Assembly: GCA_012517965.1 (NCBI GenBank)
Contig: JAAYTZ010000078.1
Location: forward strand, 20,885 to 84,884
DNA: 64,000 nt
Source of the DNA: Propionibacterium sp.
Lineage (GTDB): Bacteria > Actinomycetota > Actinomycetes > Propionibacteriales > Propionibacteriaceae
Direction: 5' to 3'
Position 1 is the stretch's first letter. Each line of letters opens with the position of its first letter. The notes beneath the pieces are model-generated. The model made no database searches, was not told where the DNA came from, and worked only from the letters and a program-made list of their open reading frames with translations. Below, piece after piece: positions 50,408 through 60,251 of this stretch. The position numbers and the translations under genes are program-made.

Positions 50408-51352
50408 GTGAACCTCCGGGATCTGGAGTACCTCGTGGCGGTGGCGGACGCGCGGAGCTTCCGTCAGGCCGCCGCCGCCTGCGAGGTGTCTCAGCCCACC
50501 CTCTCGACCCAACTCAAGAAGCTGGAGGCCGAGTTGGGCGTCACCCTCATCGACCGCCGCGCCGCGCCGCTCGCCCTCACCTCGGTCGGCGAGCGGATCG
50601 TCGCCCGGGCCCGGGTGATCCTCGACCAGGCCCAGGGCATCCGCACGGAGGCCGCTCTCGACGCGGACGCCGAGGGCGGCGCGCTCCGGCTCGGGGCGTT
50701 CCCGACCCTGGGCCCGTACCTGCTGCCGCACGTGGTGTCCGGCATCCGGGAGCGGTTCCCGGCGCTGAAGTTGCTGCTGACCGAGGAGAAATCAGCCGAC
50801 CTGATGACGCTGCTGGAGGCCGGCCGGGTGGACGCCGTCCTGCTGGCCCTGCCGGTCCTCTCCCCGGGCCTGCACGTCGAGCCGTTGTTCCGCGAGGAGC
50901 TGCTGCTCGCGGTGCCCGAGCACCATCCGCTGGCGGCGGCGTCCGGGCCGGTGACCCCCGAGCAGGTCGCCGGGACCGAACTGGTGTGCCTGTCCGAGGG
51001 TCACTGCCTCAGCGACCAGGTCACCGCCTGGCTCCGCCAGATCGGCGGCCGTCGGCGCGAGGACTTCCGGGCCACGAGCCTGGAGGTGATGCGCAACATG
51101 GTCAGCGCCGGGACGGCGGCGACCCTGTTGCCGGCCTTGGCGGTGGTCCCGCCGGTGGCGCCCGCCCCCGGGCTCGTCGTGCGCCGCTTCCGACGCGTGC
51201 CGCCGACCCGCGACATCGCCCTGGTCTGGCGGGCGGGGTCCCCGCAGGCCGACCTGCTCGCCAAGCTCGCGCCCGCCCTGGTGCCGGGGGACGTGCCCGA
51301 CCGGCTGATCGTCCCGCTGACGAGCCTCGGCGCCCCGGTTCGCTCGGCCTGA
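50408..51352 (+). CDS. oxyR: Hydrogen peroxide-sensing LysR regulator
   Basis: NLRDLEYLVA...VSQPTLSTQLKKLE, GAFPTLGPYLLP, EGHCL and ATSLE. Directly downstream of ahpF. Confidence 0.85.
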   Translation: MNLRDLEYLVAVADARSFRQAAAACEVSQPTLSTQLKKLEAELGVTLIDRRAAPLALTSVGERIVARARVILDQAQGIRTEAALDADAEGGALRLGAFPTLGPYLLPHVVSGIRERFPALKLLLTEEKSADLMTLLEAGRVDAVLLALPVLSPGLHVEPLFREELLLAVPEHHPLAAASGPVTPEQVAGTELVCLSEGHCLSDQVTAWLRQIGGRRREDFRATSLEVMRNMVSAGTAATLLPALAVVPPVAPAPGLVVRRFRRVPPTRDIALVWRAGSPQADLLAKLAPALVPGDVPDRLIVPLTSLGAPVRSA

Positions 51353-51415
51353 GCGCAACGGAGCGGTCGCGCCCGGCGTCGATACGGGTGAGAGCTCCGA
51401 ACCCGGGAGGGCACC

Positions 51416-52648
51416 GTGAATCGACGCCGCTTGTTGGCCCTCGCCGCCGTGGCGGCGGGCGCGTCCCTGCTGCCGGGCTGCTCGGTCGGCCCCACACCCA
51501 CCACCGGGACGCCCCCGCGCGCAGACGCCGTCGTGCCCCCGCCCGACGCGGGCAGCGCGCCGCTGCCCAGCCCGGTGGCCCCCTTCGCCGGTCGCCTCAA
51601 CCCGCGACTGGGCGAGCCGGCCGAGAATCTGGTGTGGTCACCGTGGTCGGTGGCGATGGTCCTGGCGATGATCCGCGCGGGGGCGGCCGGCGCGACGGCG
51701 TCCGAGCTGTCGGCCGTGCTGGGGGCGGACGCCGACTTCGACGAGCGGCTGGCGGACGGCTGGCGGCGCATGGCCCATGCCACGGGGGAGCCGCTGCACG
51801 CCGGGAACGCCGTGTGGGCGCAGCGCGGCCTGCCGTGGAAGCAGCCGTTCCTCGACCGGCTCGCCGCGCTGGCGGCGTCCCTGAAAGACACCGACTTCGC
51901 CGGCGGCGACCCCACGAAGCTCGCCGCCGAGATCAACGCCTGGGTGGCCGGCCGGACCGCCGGCAAGATCACCGACCTGCTGAGCCCGTCGGTGCTGACC
52001 CCACTGACCCGGATGGTGCTGGTCAACGCCGTCCACTTCAAGGCGGCCTGGCTGAGCCCCCTGCTGCCGCGCCCGGCCGGGACGTTCGCGGCGCCGGCCG
52101 GCGCCGTGCGGACGCCGTACCTCGCGTCGGGCCGGGCGCTGGCCGGCCGCCGGTCGGGCGGCTGGACGTCCGCGCTGCTGCCCTGCGAGCACGGGCAGTT
52201 CGGGCTCGCCGTGGCGTTGGCCGACGACCCGGACGCCGCACCGGCCGACGTGCCCTTGCCGGCGCTCACCGGGATCGGGTCGGACGGCCCCCGCGTCCTG
52301 CTGACCCTGCCGCCGTGGAAGGACCGCTTCCGTGCTCCGCTCAACGACGCGCTGGCCGCGGCCGGGATGCCGTCGGCGTTCGACGAGGACCGCACCGACT
52401 TCTCCGGCATGACCGACGCCCAGCGGCTCTTCCTGAAGCTCGTCGTCCACGAGGCCGTGATCGAGGTGGACGAGAAGGGGATCGAGGCGGCCGCCGCGAC
52501 CGCCGGCGTGATGGATCAGGTGTCGGCCCCCGTGGAGCCGCCGATCGACCTGGTGCTCGATCGGCCGTTCGCCTACGCGTTGGTCCACCTGCCGACGGCC
52601 ACGCCGCTGTTCCTGGGCCGGGTGCTGGACCCGGCCGCGACCCCCTGA
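51416..52648 (+). CDS. Serpin family protein, predicted Tat-exported lipoprotein
   Basis: MNRRR...LPGC, NLVWSPWS, INAWVAGRTAGKI, LVNAVHFKAAW, hinge EVDEKGIEAAAAT and DRPFAY. Confidence 0.9.
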   Translation: MNRRRLLALAAVAAGASLLPGCSVGPTPTTGTPPRADAVVPPPDAGSAPLPSPVAPFAGRLNPRLGEPAENLVWSPWSVAMVLAMIRAGAAGATASELSAVLGADADFDERLADGWRRMAHATGEPLHAGNAVWAQRGLPWKQPFLDRLAALAASLKDTDFAGGDPTKLAAEINAWVAGRTAGKITDLLSPSVLTPLTRMVLVNAVHFKAAWLSPLLPRPAGTFAAPAGAVRTPYLASGRALAGRRSGGWTSALLPCEHGQFGLAVALADDPDAAPADVPLPALTGIGSDGPRVLLTLPPWKDRFRAPLNDALAAAGMPSAFDEDRTDFSGMTDAQRLFLKLVVHEAVIEVDEKGIEAAAATAGVMDQVSAPVEPPIDLVLDRPFAYALVHLPTATPLFLGRVLDPAATP

Positions 52649-52652
52649 CGGC

Positions 52653-53801
52653 TCAGCGGCCGGCGTCGTCCTTCGCCCGCTCCCGGCGTACCCGGTCGGC
52701 GGCCACGCCGTCGGCGACGGAGCCGGGCTCGCCCCCGTTGACGCCGACGCTGTTCGGGGATCGCAGGCGGATGCGGCGGCCCTCCTGGATGTCGGCGCGA
52801 GCTTTCTCCTCGGCCTTCTCGGCGGCGACGGTGTCCCGGGGCGGCAGCTGGATCTGCTCCTCCGCCTCGATGCCGGCGTGCAACTGGCGGGCGCGCTCGA
52901 GTTCGGCGTCCAGCTCGCCGCCCAGCAGGAGGACGGTGTTCATGATCCACAGCCAGAACAGGAACACGACGACGCTGGCGAACGCCCCGTAGGTCTTGGC
53001 GTAGCTGGCGTTGCCGAGCGTCGTCAGGTAGAGCCCGAACCCGGCGGACGCCAGCGCCGCGAGCACGATCGCCACGACCGCCCCCACGCTGATCCACTGG
53101 ATGCGCGGCTGGCGCACGTTCGGCGTCCCCCAGTACAGCAGGGCGACCAGCACGACGACGACGACGGCCAGCAGCAGCCAGCGCACCGCGTCCCAGACGC
53201 CGGCGAAGCCCGCGCCCATGCCGACGAACTCGCCGATCGCCGCCACGACCTCCCCGGAGGAGGCGACGAGCGCCACGGCGATGGTCAGCAGGACGAGCAG
53301 GACGGCGGTGAGTGCCAGGCCCTGCAGGGCGAGCTTCCACCCGGGGCGGCCCTCGGTTACCCCGTAGATCCTGTTCAGGGCGCGGCCGAAGCCCTTGACG
53401 TAGTGGGACGCCGCCCACAGCGCGGTGCCGATGCCCACGACGAGGCCGACCCCGGGGGCGGGCGCCTGCAGCACGCTGTCCAGCACGGGCGTGAGGGTCT
53501 CGATCGCGGACGCCGGCAGGACGCCGTGCTCGGCCAGTTCGCCGAGCAGCCCGGTGATGGTGCTGCCCCGCAGGCCGATCAGCGACCCGATCGAGACGAG
53601 CGCGATCAGCGCCGGGAACAGGGAGAGCACCGCGAAGTAGGTGAGGGCCGCGGCCAGGTCGGTGAGGCCGTCCTCGCCGAACTCGCGCAGCGTGCTGCGC
53701 AACGTGTACCTCCAGTCGACGGCGCGCAGGTCGAGCGGGATGTCCAGCTTGCGGGGATCCTCCGGATGCGCGCCGGAGGCCGGATTCTGCTGGTCGGGCA
53801 T
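52653..53801 (-). CDS. YihY/virulence factor BrkB family membrane protein
   Basis: DLAAALTYFAVLSLFP, ALNRIYG and YGAFASVVVFLFWLW. Confidence 0.9.
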   Translation of the reverse strand: MPDQQNPASGAHPEDPRKLDIPLDLRAVDWRYTLRSTLREFGEDGLTDLAAALTYFAVLSLFPALIALVSIGSLIGLRGSTITGLLGELAEHGVLPASAIETLTPVLDSVLQAPAPGVGLVVGIGTALWAASHYVKGFGRALNRIYGVTEGRPGWKLALQGLALTAVLLVLLTIAVALVASSGEVVAAIGEFVGMGAGFAGVWDAVRWLLLAVVVVVLVALLYWGTPNVRQPRIQWISVGAVVAIVLAALASAGFGLYLTTLGNASYAKTYGAFASVVVFLFWLWIMNTVLLLGGELDAELERARQLHAGIEAEEQIQLPPRDTVAAEKAEEKARADIQEGRRIRLRSPNSVGVNGGEPGSVADGVAADRVRRERAKDDAGR

Positions 53802-53927
53802 CACGTTCCTTCCCTGGGAGTTCCCGGCCACCCTAGGCAGCGCCCGCATCGGAGAGAACCCGCGGCGTCCGACCGTTACGAAGCCGGTGCGCCCTCAGCC
53901 CTCCCTCAGGAAGTGATGGGGTCTCGG

Positions 53928-54962
53928 TCAGACGGTCCAGGTGTCGGGGCCGGTGACGAGCCGCTGCAGCGCTGCCAGTCGATCGGACGCCGCGGGCATC
54001 CGCACCTGGGCGCGGGCATCGTCATCGAAGACCGGGGCGGTCACGGCGCGGAAGACGCCGACCGGTGCCCGGGTGAGCGGGGCGTCCGTGAGGCGGGCGA
54101 GCGCGAACGCCGTGGTCGGGTCGGGATCATGGGCGTCGTGGACGAGCACCCGGTCCGTGCCGACTTCGGCGACCCGGGCCACGGCGAGCCGTCCGGTGCC
54201 GGGGTCGCGGACGACGCCCAATCCGTCGCCGAACGTGATCGGTTCGCCGTGCCGCAGCCGGATCAGCGCCGGGGCGTCCTTGCGGCGCAACGCGTCGAAG
54301 GCGCCGTCGTTGAAGATCGGGCAGTTCTGGTAGATCTCGACCAGCGCCGCGCCCCGGTGGCCGGCGGCCGCACCCAGCACGTCGGCGAGCAGCTCTCGGT
54401 CGGAGTCGATGGCGCGGGCCACGAAGGTCGCGCCGGCGCCGAGGGCGAGGGTGATCGGGTCGAGGGGGGCGTCCACGGAGCCCTCGGGGCTGGTCTTGGT
54501 CACCGTCCCTCTCTCGGAGGTGGGGGAGAACTGGCCCTTGGTGAGGCTGTAGATGCGGTTGTTGAACAGCAGGATGGTCAGGTTGACGTTGCGCCGCAGC
54601 GCGTGGACCAGGTGGTTGCCGCCGATGGACAGCGCATCCCCGTCGCCGGTGACGACCCACACCGACAGGTCGGGGCGGGCCAGGGCGATCCCGGTGGCGA
54701 GCGCCGGGGCGCGGCCGTGCAGCGAGTGCACCCCGTAGGTGTTCATGTAGTAGGGGAACCGCGAGCTGCACCCGATCCCCGACACGATGACGAGGTTCTC
54801 GCGCCGCACCCCGAGGTCGGCCAGCGCCCCCTGGACCGCCGCCAGGATCGCGTAGTCGCCGCAGCCGGGGCACCAGCGCACCTCCTGGTCGGAGGCCAGA
54901 TCCTTCCGGGTGAGGGGGGTCACGGCGAGGGGCACGCCGGCGAGTCCGGACGTGGCGGTCAT
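53928..54962 (-). CDS. 2-oxoacid:ferredoxin oxidoreductase beta subunit (KorB-like)
   Basis: WCPGCGD, SGIGCSSRFP, HGRA, GDGDALSIGGNH and QNCPIFN. Confidence 0.93.
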   Translation of the reverse strand: MTATSGLAGVPLAVTPLTRKDLASDQEVRWCPGCGDYAILAAVQGALADLGVRRENLVIVSGIGCSSRFPYYMNTYGVHSLHGRAPALATGIALARPDLSVWVVTGDGDALSIGGNHLVHALRRNVNLTILLFNNRIYSLTKGQFSPTSERGTVTKTSPEGSVDAPLDPITLALGAGATFVARAIDSDRELLADVLGAAAGHRGAALVEIYQNCPIFNDGAFDALRRKDAPALIRLRHGEPITFGDGLGVVRDPGTGRLAVARVAEVGTDRVLVHDAHDPDPTTAFALARLTDAPLTRAPVGVFRAVTAPVFDDDARAQVRMPAASDRLAALQRLVTGPDTWTV

Positions 54963-56806
54963 CGAGCCTCCTGGGTGTCGATGAGGGTGATGAGGTCGGC
55001 CTCGAGCTCGCCGATGGAGATGGGCAGGCCGCGGACCTTCGTGTAGCTCTGGACGTCGACGAGGTACCGGGCCCGCAACAGCAGCGCCAGCTGGCCGGAG
55101 TTCATCTCGGGCACCAGCACGGTGCGGTAGCGCCGCAGCACGTCGCCGGTGTTGGCGGGGAGCGGGTTCAAGTGGCGCAGGTGCGCGGTGGCGACCCGCC
55201 GGCCGCCGACCCGCACGCGGCGGGCGGCCGCGCCGATCGGGCCCCACGTCGACCCCCAGCCGACGACGAGCACCTCGGCGTCTCCGGTGGGGTCGTCGAC
55301 CGCCAGGTCGGGCACCCCGATGCCGTCGATCTTGGCGGCCCGCAGCCGGACCATCGTCTCGTGGTTGAGCGGGTCGTAGCTGATCTCGCCGGTGACGTCG
55401 GCCTTCTCGAGGCCGCCGATGCGGTGCTCGAGGCCCGGGGTGCCGGGCAGCGCCCAGGGGCGCGCGAGCCGTTCGTCGCGGCGGTAGGGCTGGAAGGAGT
55501 CGCCGGGGCCGTTGGGGGCGGTGGCGATGCGTGGGTCGATGGCGGGCAGGGTGGACAGGTCGGGGATCCGCCACGGCTCGGCGCCGTTCGCGCAGTAGGC
55601 GTCCGAGAGGACGATGACCGGGGTGCGGTACTCGAGGGCGATGCGGGCGGCGTCGAAGGCGGCGTCGAAGCAGTCGCTGGGGGACTGGGCGGCGATGACC
55701 GGCAGCGGGGCCTCGCCGTGGCGGCCGAACAACGCCATCAACAGGTCGGCCTGCTCGGTCTTGGTCGGCAGCCCGGTGGCGGGGCCCGCGCGCTGGACGT
55801 CGACGATGACGAGGGGGAGTTCCAGCATGACGGCGAGGCCGATCATCTCGGTCTTGAGCGCCATCCCCGGCCCGGAGGTGCTGGTCACCCCGAGGTGCCC
55901 GGCGTAGGACGCCCCCAGCGCGGCCCCGATGGCGGCGATCTCGTCCTCGGCCTGGAAGGTCAGGACCCCCTGATCCTTGGCCTCGGCGAGCGTGACGAGG
56001 ACGTCGGTGGCCGGCGTGATGGGGTACGCCCCCAGGAACAGCGGCAGCTCGGCCCGGGCGGCGGCGGCCATGAGGCCGAGCGCCATCGCACGGTTTCCGG
56101 TGACCTGCCGGTACGTGCCCCGCTCGAGGGACGCCCCCGGCACGTGGTAGCGGCTGGTGAAGGACTCGGTCGTCTCGCCGAAGTGGTAGCCGGCTGAGTA
56201 CGCCGCCTTGTTGGCGTCCCGGATCTGCGGGTGCGCGGCGAACTTGGCGTCCAGGAACTCCAGGTTGTGAGCCGGGTCGCGCGAGAACAGCCAGGTGAGC
56301 AGTCCCAGGGCGAACATGTTCTTGGTGCGGGCGGCGTCCTTGCGACCCAGGTGGAACTGCTCGACGGCGCGCACGCTCATGCCGGTGAGGTCGAGGGCGT
56401 GCAGTTCGTAGCCGGCCAGCGAGTCGTCCGTGAGGGGGTTGCTGCCGTAGCCGACCTTCTCGAGGTTGCGGGGGGTGAACTCGGCGGTGTCGGCGATGAT
56501 GAGCCCGCCGCGGCGCAGGTCGCCCAGGTTGGCGCGCAGGGCCGCCGGGTTCATGGCGACGAGGACGTCGGGCTGGTCGCCGGGGGTGAGGATGTCCCAG
56601 CTCCCCACGTGGAGCTGGAAGCTGGACACCCCCGCGACCGTGCCCTGGGGGGCCCGGATCTCGGCCGGGTAGAAGGGGAAGGTCGCGAAGTCGTTGCCCA
56701 CGAAGATCGACTCGGTGGTGAACCGGTCGCCGGTCAACTGCATGCCGTCGCCGGAGTCACCCGCGAACCGGATCACCACGCGGTCCAGTGTCGCCACGTC
56801 TGCCAC
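54959..56806 (-). CDS. 2-oxoacid:ferredoxin oxidoreductase alpha subunit (KorA-like, gamma-alpha fusion)
   Basis: IRFAGDSGDGMQLTG, YPITPA, QAEDEIAA, TSGPG and QRAGPATGLPTK. Confidence 0.93.
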   Translation of the reverse strand: MADVATLDRVVIRFAGDSGDGMQLTGDRFTTESIFVGNDFATFPFYPAEIRAPQGTVAGVSSFQLHVGSWDILTPGDQPDVLVAMNPAALRANLGDLRRGGLIIADTAEFTPRNLEKVGYGSNPLTDDSLAGYELHALDLTGMSVRAVEQFHLGRKDAARTKNMFALGLLTWLFSRDPAHNLEFLDAKFAAHPQIRDANKAAYSAGYHFGETTESFTSRYHVPGASLERGTYRQVTGNRAMALGLMAAAARAELPLFLGAYPITPATDVLVTLAEAKDQGVLTFQAEDEIAAIGAALGASYAGHLGVTSTSGPGMALKTEMIGLAVMLELPLVIVDVQRAGPATGLPTKTEQADLLMALFGRHGEAPLPVIAAQSPSDCFDAAFDAARIALEYRTPVIVLSDAYCANGAEPWRIPDLSTLPAIDPRIATAPNGPGDSFQPYRRDERLARPWALPGTPGLEHRIGGLEKADVTGEISYDPLNHETMVRLRAAKIDGIGVPDLAVDDPTGDAEVLVVGWGSTWGPIGAAARRVRVGGRRVATAHLRHLNPLPANTGDVLRRYRTVLVPEMNSGQLALLLRARYLVDVQSYTKVRGLPISIGELEADLITLIDTQEAR

Positions 56807-56961
56807 GTCTGCCCTCCCGAAGTCCGTCCGCTCAGCCTAACCGGCTGGGGCAACTGGACGCCGCGGGCGCCCAGGCGCGACCGGGGGCGTCCGGGGCCCG
56901 GGCCGCCTCGGCTATCTTGGGGGCCGGCCCCCGCGCGGGGCGCGGGCCGCGGAGGAGACCG

Positions 56962-57594
56962 ATGCCCCTCACCCATCCGCTCGTCGAGGCGTATCTGGAG
57001 CGCGTCCACGTCGCCGGCACCCGGCTGTCCGCCCGTCAGCTGTCGGCTGTCGTCGACGAGGTCCACGCCCACCTGGACGCCGCGCTGCTCCCCAACCCCT
57101 CGGACGCCGAGGTGCGGGCGGCCCTGAGCGACCTGGGCACGCCGGACCAGTTGGTGGCGGCCGCGGCGCTGCGCGAGGACGGCGGCCCGGCCCGTTCGCT
57201 GCCGGGTCACGTCGTGGGGCGCACCGTCGGCCGGGAGATCCTCGCCCTGGTCCTGCTCGTGGTCGGGCCGTTCCTGAACCTGCTGCCGCCGCTGGGCATG
57301 CTGACCTGGGTGCTGGGCGGAGTCCTGTTCTACACCTCGACGCTGTGGAGCCGACGCGACAAGGCGTTCGGCACCTTCCTGGTGGGCATCCCGCTGCTCG
57401 TCTTCGGGGTGGGCCTGGCGGGGCTGGCGCTGTCGGAGGACTGCGTCGTCCCGGCCGGCGGCGGGGTGCCGCAGTGCGGTCCGGTGCCGCTGGTGTTCGG
57501 CGTCAACCCGGCCTACCTGATCCTCCCGGTCGCGCTGGCCTGGCTGGTGCTGGCGCTCTACGGCTTCCTCCGCCTGGTGCGCGCCCTGCGGTGA
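56962..57594 (+). CDS. HAAS-like domain membrane protein
   Basis: VEAYLERV...VVDEVHAHLD...ALSDLGTPDQL followed by TM helices. GGAGGAG RBS. Confidence 0.6.
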   Translation: MPLTHPLVEAYLERVHVAGTRLSARQLSAVVDEVHAHLDAALLPNPSDAEVRAALSDLGTPDQLVAAAALREDGGPARSLPGHVVGRTVGREILALVLLVVGPFLNLLPPLGMLTWVLGGVLFYTSTLWSRRDKAFGTFLVGIPLLVFGVGLAGLALSEDCVVPAGGGVPQCGPVPLVFGVNPAYLILPVALAWLVLALYGFLRLVRALR

Positions 57595-57658
57595 TGGGCG
57601 GCCCGGTCGGAGTGGCCCCCGCCGTTAGGCTGAACCTGGTCGACGAAAGAGGGGTGGC

Positions 57659-59176
57659 GTGAGCGAGACACGGGTGCGCCGGCGCTCGTTCGCGCGTGGC
57701 CCCGTGGCGCCGTCCAAGCTGCTCGCCCGCTTCGTCGCCGATATGGCGGACGCCCTCCGGCTCGGGCCGGTCCGCTGGGGGCTCGTCGGCACGATCCTGC
57801 TGGCCCTGGGGTCGCTGACCCCCGCCTACCTGCCGCAGAGCAGCCCCTACTGGGAGCCGGCCCGGGCGCTCGGCCTGGACAGTTGGCTCGCCAAGGCGGC
57901 CGGCACCGGCATGGTGATCGCCGGTGTGGCCGCGCTGATCGTCGCCTGGTTCAACCTGCGGCCCACCATCTATGTCGACGTCAAGCACTGGGCGGTCCTG
58001 CTGTGGTGGTCGCTGCCCCTGTTGGTCGCTCCGCCGATCTTCTCGCACGACGCCTACAGCTACGCCGCCCAGGGCTGGCTGATCCACAACGGCCTGAATC
58101 CCTACGAGGCGTCGCCGAGCTACCTGCCCGGCCCGTTCGCCGACCAGGTGGCCTGGGTGTGGCGTTACACGTCGGCGCCGTACGGCCCGCTCGCCCTGCA
58201 GATCTCCCACGGGCTGGTGCTGCTGTCGGGGCTGAACCCCTACTACTCGGCGGTCGCCCACCGGTTGCCGGCCTTGGTCGGGGTCGCGCTCATCGTGATC
58301 CTGCTGCCCCGGATCGCCCTCATCATGGGGGTGGACGCCCGCAGCGTCGCCTGGTTCTCGACGATCAACCCCCTGCTGGTCATCGACTTCGTGGGCGGCG
58401 CCCACAACGACGCCCTGATGCTCGGGTGCGTGGTGGCCGCCCTGTACACCGCCTACCGCGGCGCGATGTTCTGGGCCCTGGTGCTGGTCGGGGTGGGGGC
58501 CGCGATCAAGCAGCCGGCGATCCTCGCCGCCTTCCCGGTGGCGGTGATCGGCAGCGGCTGGGCCAGCTGGCAGGTGCGGCATCTCGCCCGCTTCGCCGCG
58601 CGGCTGGCCTACGCGTTCGGGGTGTCGATCGCGGTGTTCGCGGCGATCTCGGTGGCGTCCGGGCTCGGGTTCGGCTGGGCGAACGCGGTCACCGTGCCGG
58701 GAATGATCCTGACGATGGCCCCGTTCAGCCTGCTGGGCTACGGCGTCCAACTGGTTGTCAACCAGATCACCGGCGACCCCTCCGGTCACCTGGTGTGGAA
58801 GGCGGCGCAGACGCTGGGGCTGCTGCTCAGCGCGGGGCTGGTGACGTGGCTGGCGATCACCAAGGCCCGGACCCACCCGGTCACCTTCCTGTCCTACGCG
58901 TACCTGATCTTCGCGTCCTTCGGGCCCGCGCTCCACCCCTGGTACCTCACTTGGGGCGGGCTGCTGTTGCCGCTGACCAAGCCGAGCCCCCGGGTCTGGC
59001 GCATCGCGGCGGCGGTGGTGGCCGTGCTCCTGGTCTACGACGCCGGCAACCTGGCCTGGCGCAACGACTTGGTCGGCCTGGCGCTGGCCGCCTTGGCCGG
59101 TGCGGTGATCGTCCTCTACCGTCGGCGCATCAAGGGACATCGGCCGCTGCACGGGGTGGGGGATGAAGGACACTGA
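57659..59176 (+). CDS. Polyprenol-phosphomannose-dependent alpha-mannosyltransferase (GT-C, MptB-like)
   Basis: FSHDAYSYAAQG, APYGPL, INPLLV, GGAHNDALM, IKQPA and LHPWY. Confidence 0.82.
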   Translation: MSETRVRRRSFARGPVAPSKLLARFVADMADALRLGPVRWGLVGTILLALGSLTPAYLPQSSPYWEPARALGLDSWLAKAAGTGMVIAGVAALIVAWFNLRPTIYVDVKHWAVLLWWSLPLLVAPPIFSHDAYSYAAQGWLIHNGLNPYEASPSYLPGPFADQVAWVWRYTSAPYGPLALQISHGLVLLSGLNPYYSAVAHRLPALVGVALIVILLPRIALIMGVDARSVAWFSTINPLLVIDFVGGAHNDALMLGCVVAALYTAYRGAMFWALVLVGVGAAIKQPAILAAFPVAVIGSGWASWQVRHLARFAARLAYAFGVSIAVFAAISVASGLGFGWANAVTVPGMILTMAPFSLLGYGVQLVVNQITGDPSGHLVWKAAQTLGLLLSAGLVTWLAITKARTHPVTFLSYAYLIFASFGPALHPWYLTWGGLLLPLTKPSPRVWRIAAAVVAVLLVYDAGNLAWRNDLVGLALAALAGAVIVLYRRRIKGHRPLHGVGDEGH

Positions 59177-60113
59177 CGAGGTGCTGGTGGAGGTCGTCGA
59201 CGGCGTCGGACGGCTCACCCTCAACCGGCCGCGGGCGCTGAACGCCCTGACCCAGGGGATGTGCGAGACGCTGCTGGACGCGTTGGGCGCCTGGGCCGTC
59301 GACGACGCGGTGACCGCCGTCGAGATCCGCGGGGCGGGGGAGCGCGCCTTCTGCTCGGGCGCCGACGTGCGCTCGATCCGGCAGCGGGTGCTGGACGGCG
59401 CCGAGTTCGAGAGCTTCTTCCGCGTCGAGTACGCGGTCAACGCGCTCATCGCCGCCTACCCGAAGCCGTACACCGCCGTGATGGCGGGCATCACGATGGG
59501 CGGCGGGCTCGGCCTGTCGGCCCACGGCTCGCGGCGCATCGTGGACGCCACCAGCCGGCTCGCGATGCCCGAGACGATCATCGGGTTCACCCCCGACGTG
59601 GGGATCGCGTGGCAGTTGGCGCACGCCCCGGGCGAGTTGGGCACGCACGTCGCGCTCACCGGGGACGCCTTCGGGGCGGGGGACGCCCTCGCGCTCGGCC
59701 TGGCGGACGCGTACGCGGGGCCGGGGACGCCGGACGCCCCGCTGGCGGCGGCGTCCTGGATCGCCGAGTGCTACGCCGCCGACGACCCCGTCGAGATCGT
59801 CGGCCGGCTGGCCCAGCACCCAGAACCGGACGCCCGCGCGGCGGCCGAGGCGATCCGTCGGCGCTGCCCGCTCAGCGTGGCGGTGACACTGGAGGCGCTG
59901 CGCCGCGCGGCGACGATGGGCGGGGTGGCCGACGTGCTGGCGCAGGACCTTGCGCTGGTCCGCACGCTGGTGCCGCGCCCCGACTTCGCCGAGGGCGTCC
60001 GTGCGCAGCTCGTCGACAAGGACTTCGCGCCGCGCTGGCAGCACGCCCGCCTCGAGGACGTCACCCGCGCCGAGGTGCTGGCCTGCTTCGGGGACGCCCC
60101 GGCCGCGGACTGA
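59163..60113 (+). CDS. Enoyl-CoA hydratase/isomerase family, 3-hydroxyisobutyryl-CoA hydrolase-like
   Basis: LNRPRALNAL, FCSGAD, GITMGGG, MPETIIGF and DFAEGVRAQLVDKD. Confidence 0.88.
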   Translation: MKDTDEVLVEVVDGVGRLTLNRPRALNALTQGMCETLLDALGAWAVDDAVTAVEIRGAGERAFCSGADVRSIRQRVLDGAEFESFFRVEYAVNALIAAYPKPYTAVMAGITMGGGLGLSAHGSRRIVDATSRLAMPETIIGFTPDVGIAWQLAHAPGELGTHVALTGDAFGAGDALALGLADAYAGPGTPDAPLAAASWIAECYAADDPVEIVGRLAQHPEPDARAAAEAIRRRCPLSVAVTLEALRRAATMGGVADVLAQDLALVRTLVPRPDFAEGVRAQLVDKDFAPRWQHARLEDVTRAEVLACFGDAPAAD

Positions 60114-60251
60114 ACAACCAAATGGAGTGCCGCCTCCGGCGCCGGTGCCGGCGGCGTCCCCGCTCGCTATCGTGACGGTGGCGGGACCTGAATCGGAGAC
60201 GGCCCCTGGCAGGCGTGTCGGTTCCGTCAGCGAGACCACGAGGTGCTCCCC

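Noticed and set aside
59163-60113. Crotonase-fold protein as the missing MenB
   Set aside because: Motifs (GITMGGG, MPE, DFAEGVRAQLVDKD) match 3-hydroxyisobutyryl-CoA hydrolase-like proteins, not the MenB FCSGGDQ signature.
60114-60251. Possible riboswitch upstream of the cDPGS-like gene (ACGAGGTGC resembles part of guanidine-III; CTGAATC resembles c-di-AMP)
   Set aside because: Only short word matches, the remaining consensus and pairings are absent, and GAGGTG is explained as the RBS. An Rfam/Infernal scan would settle it.
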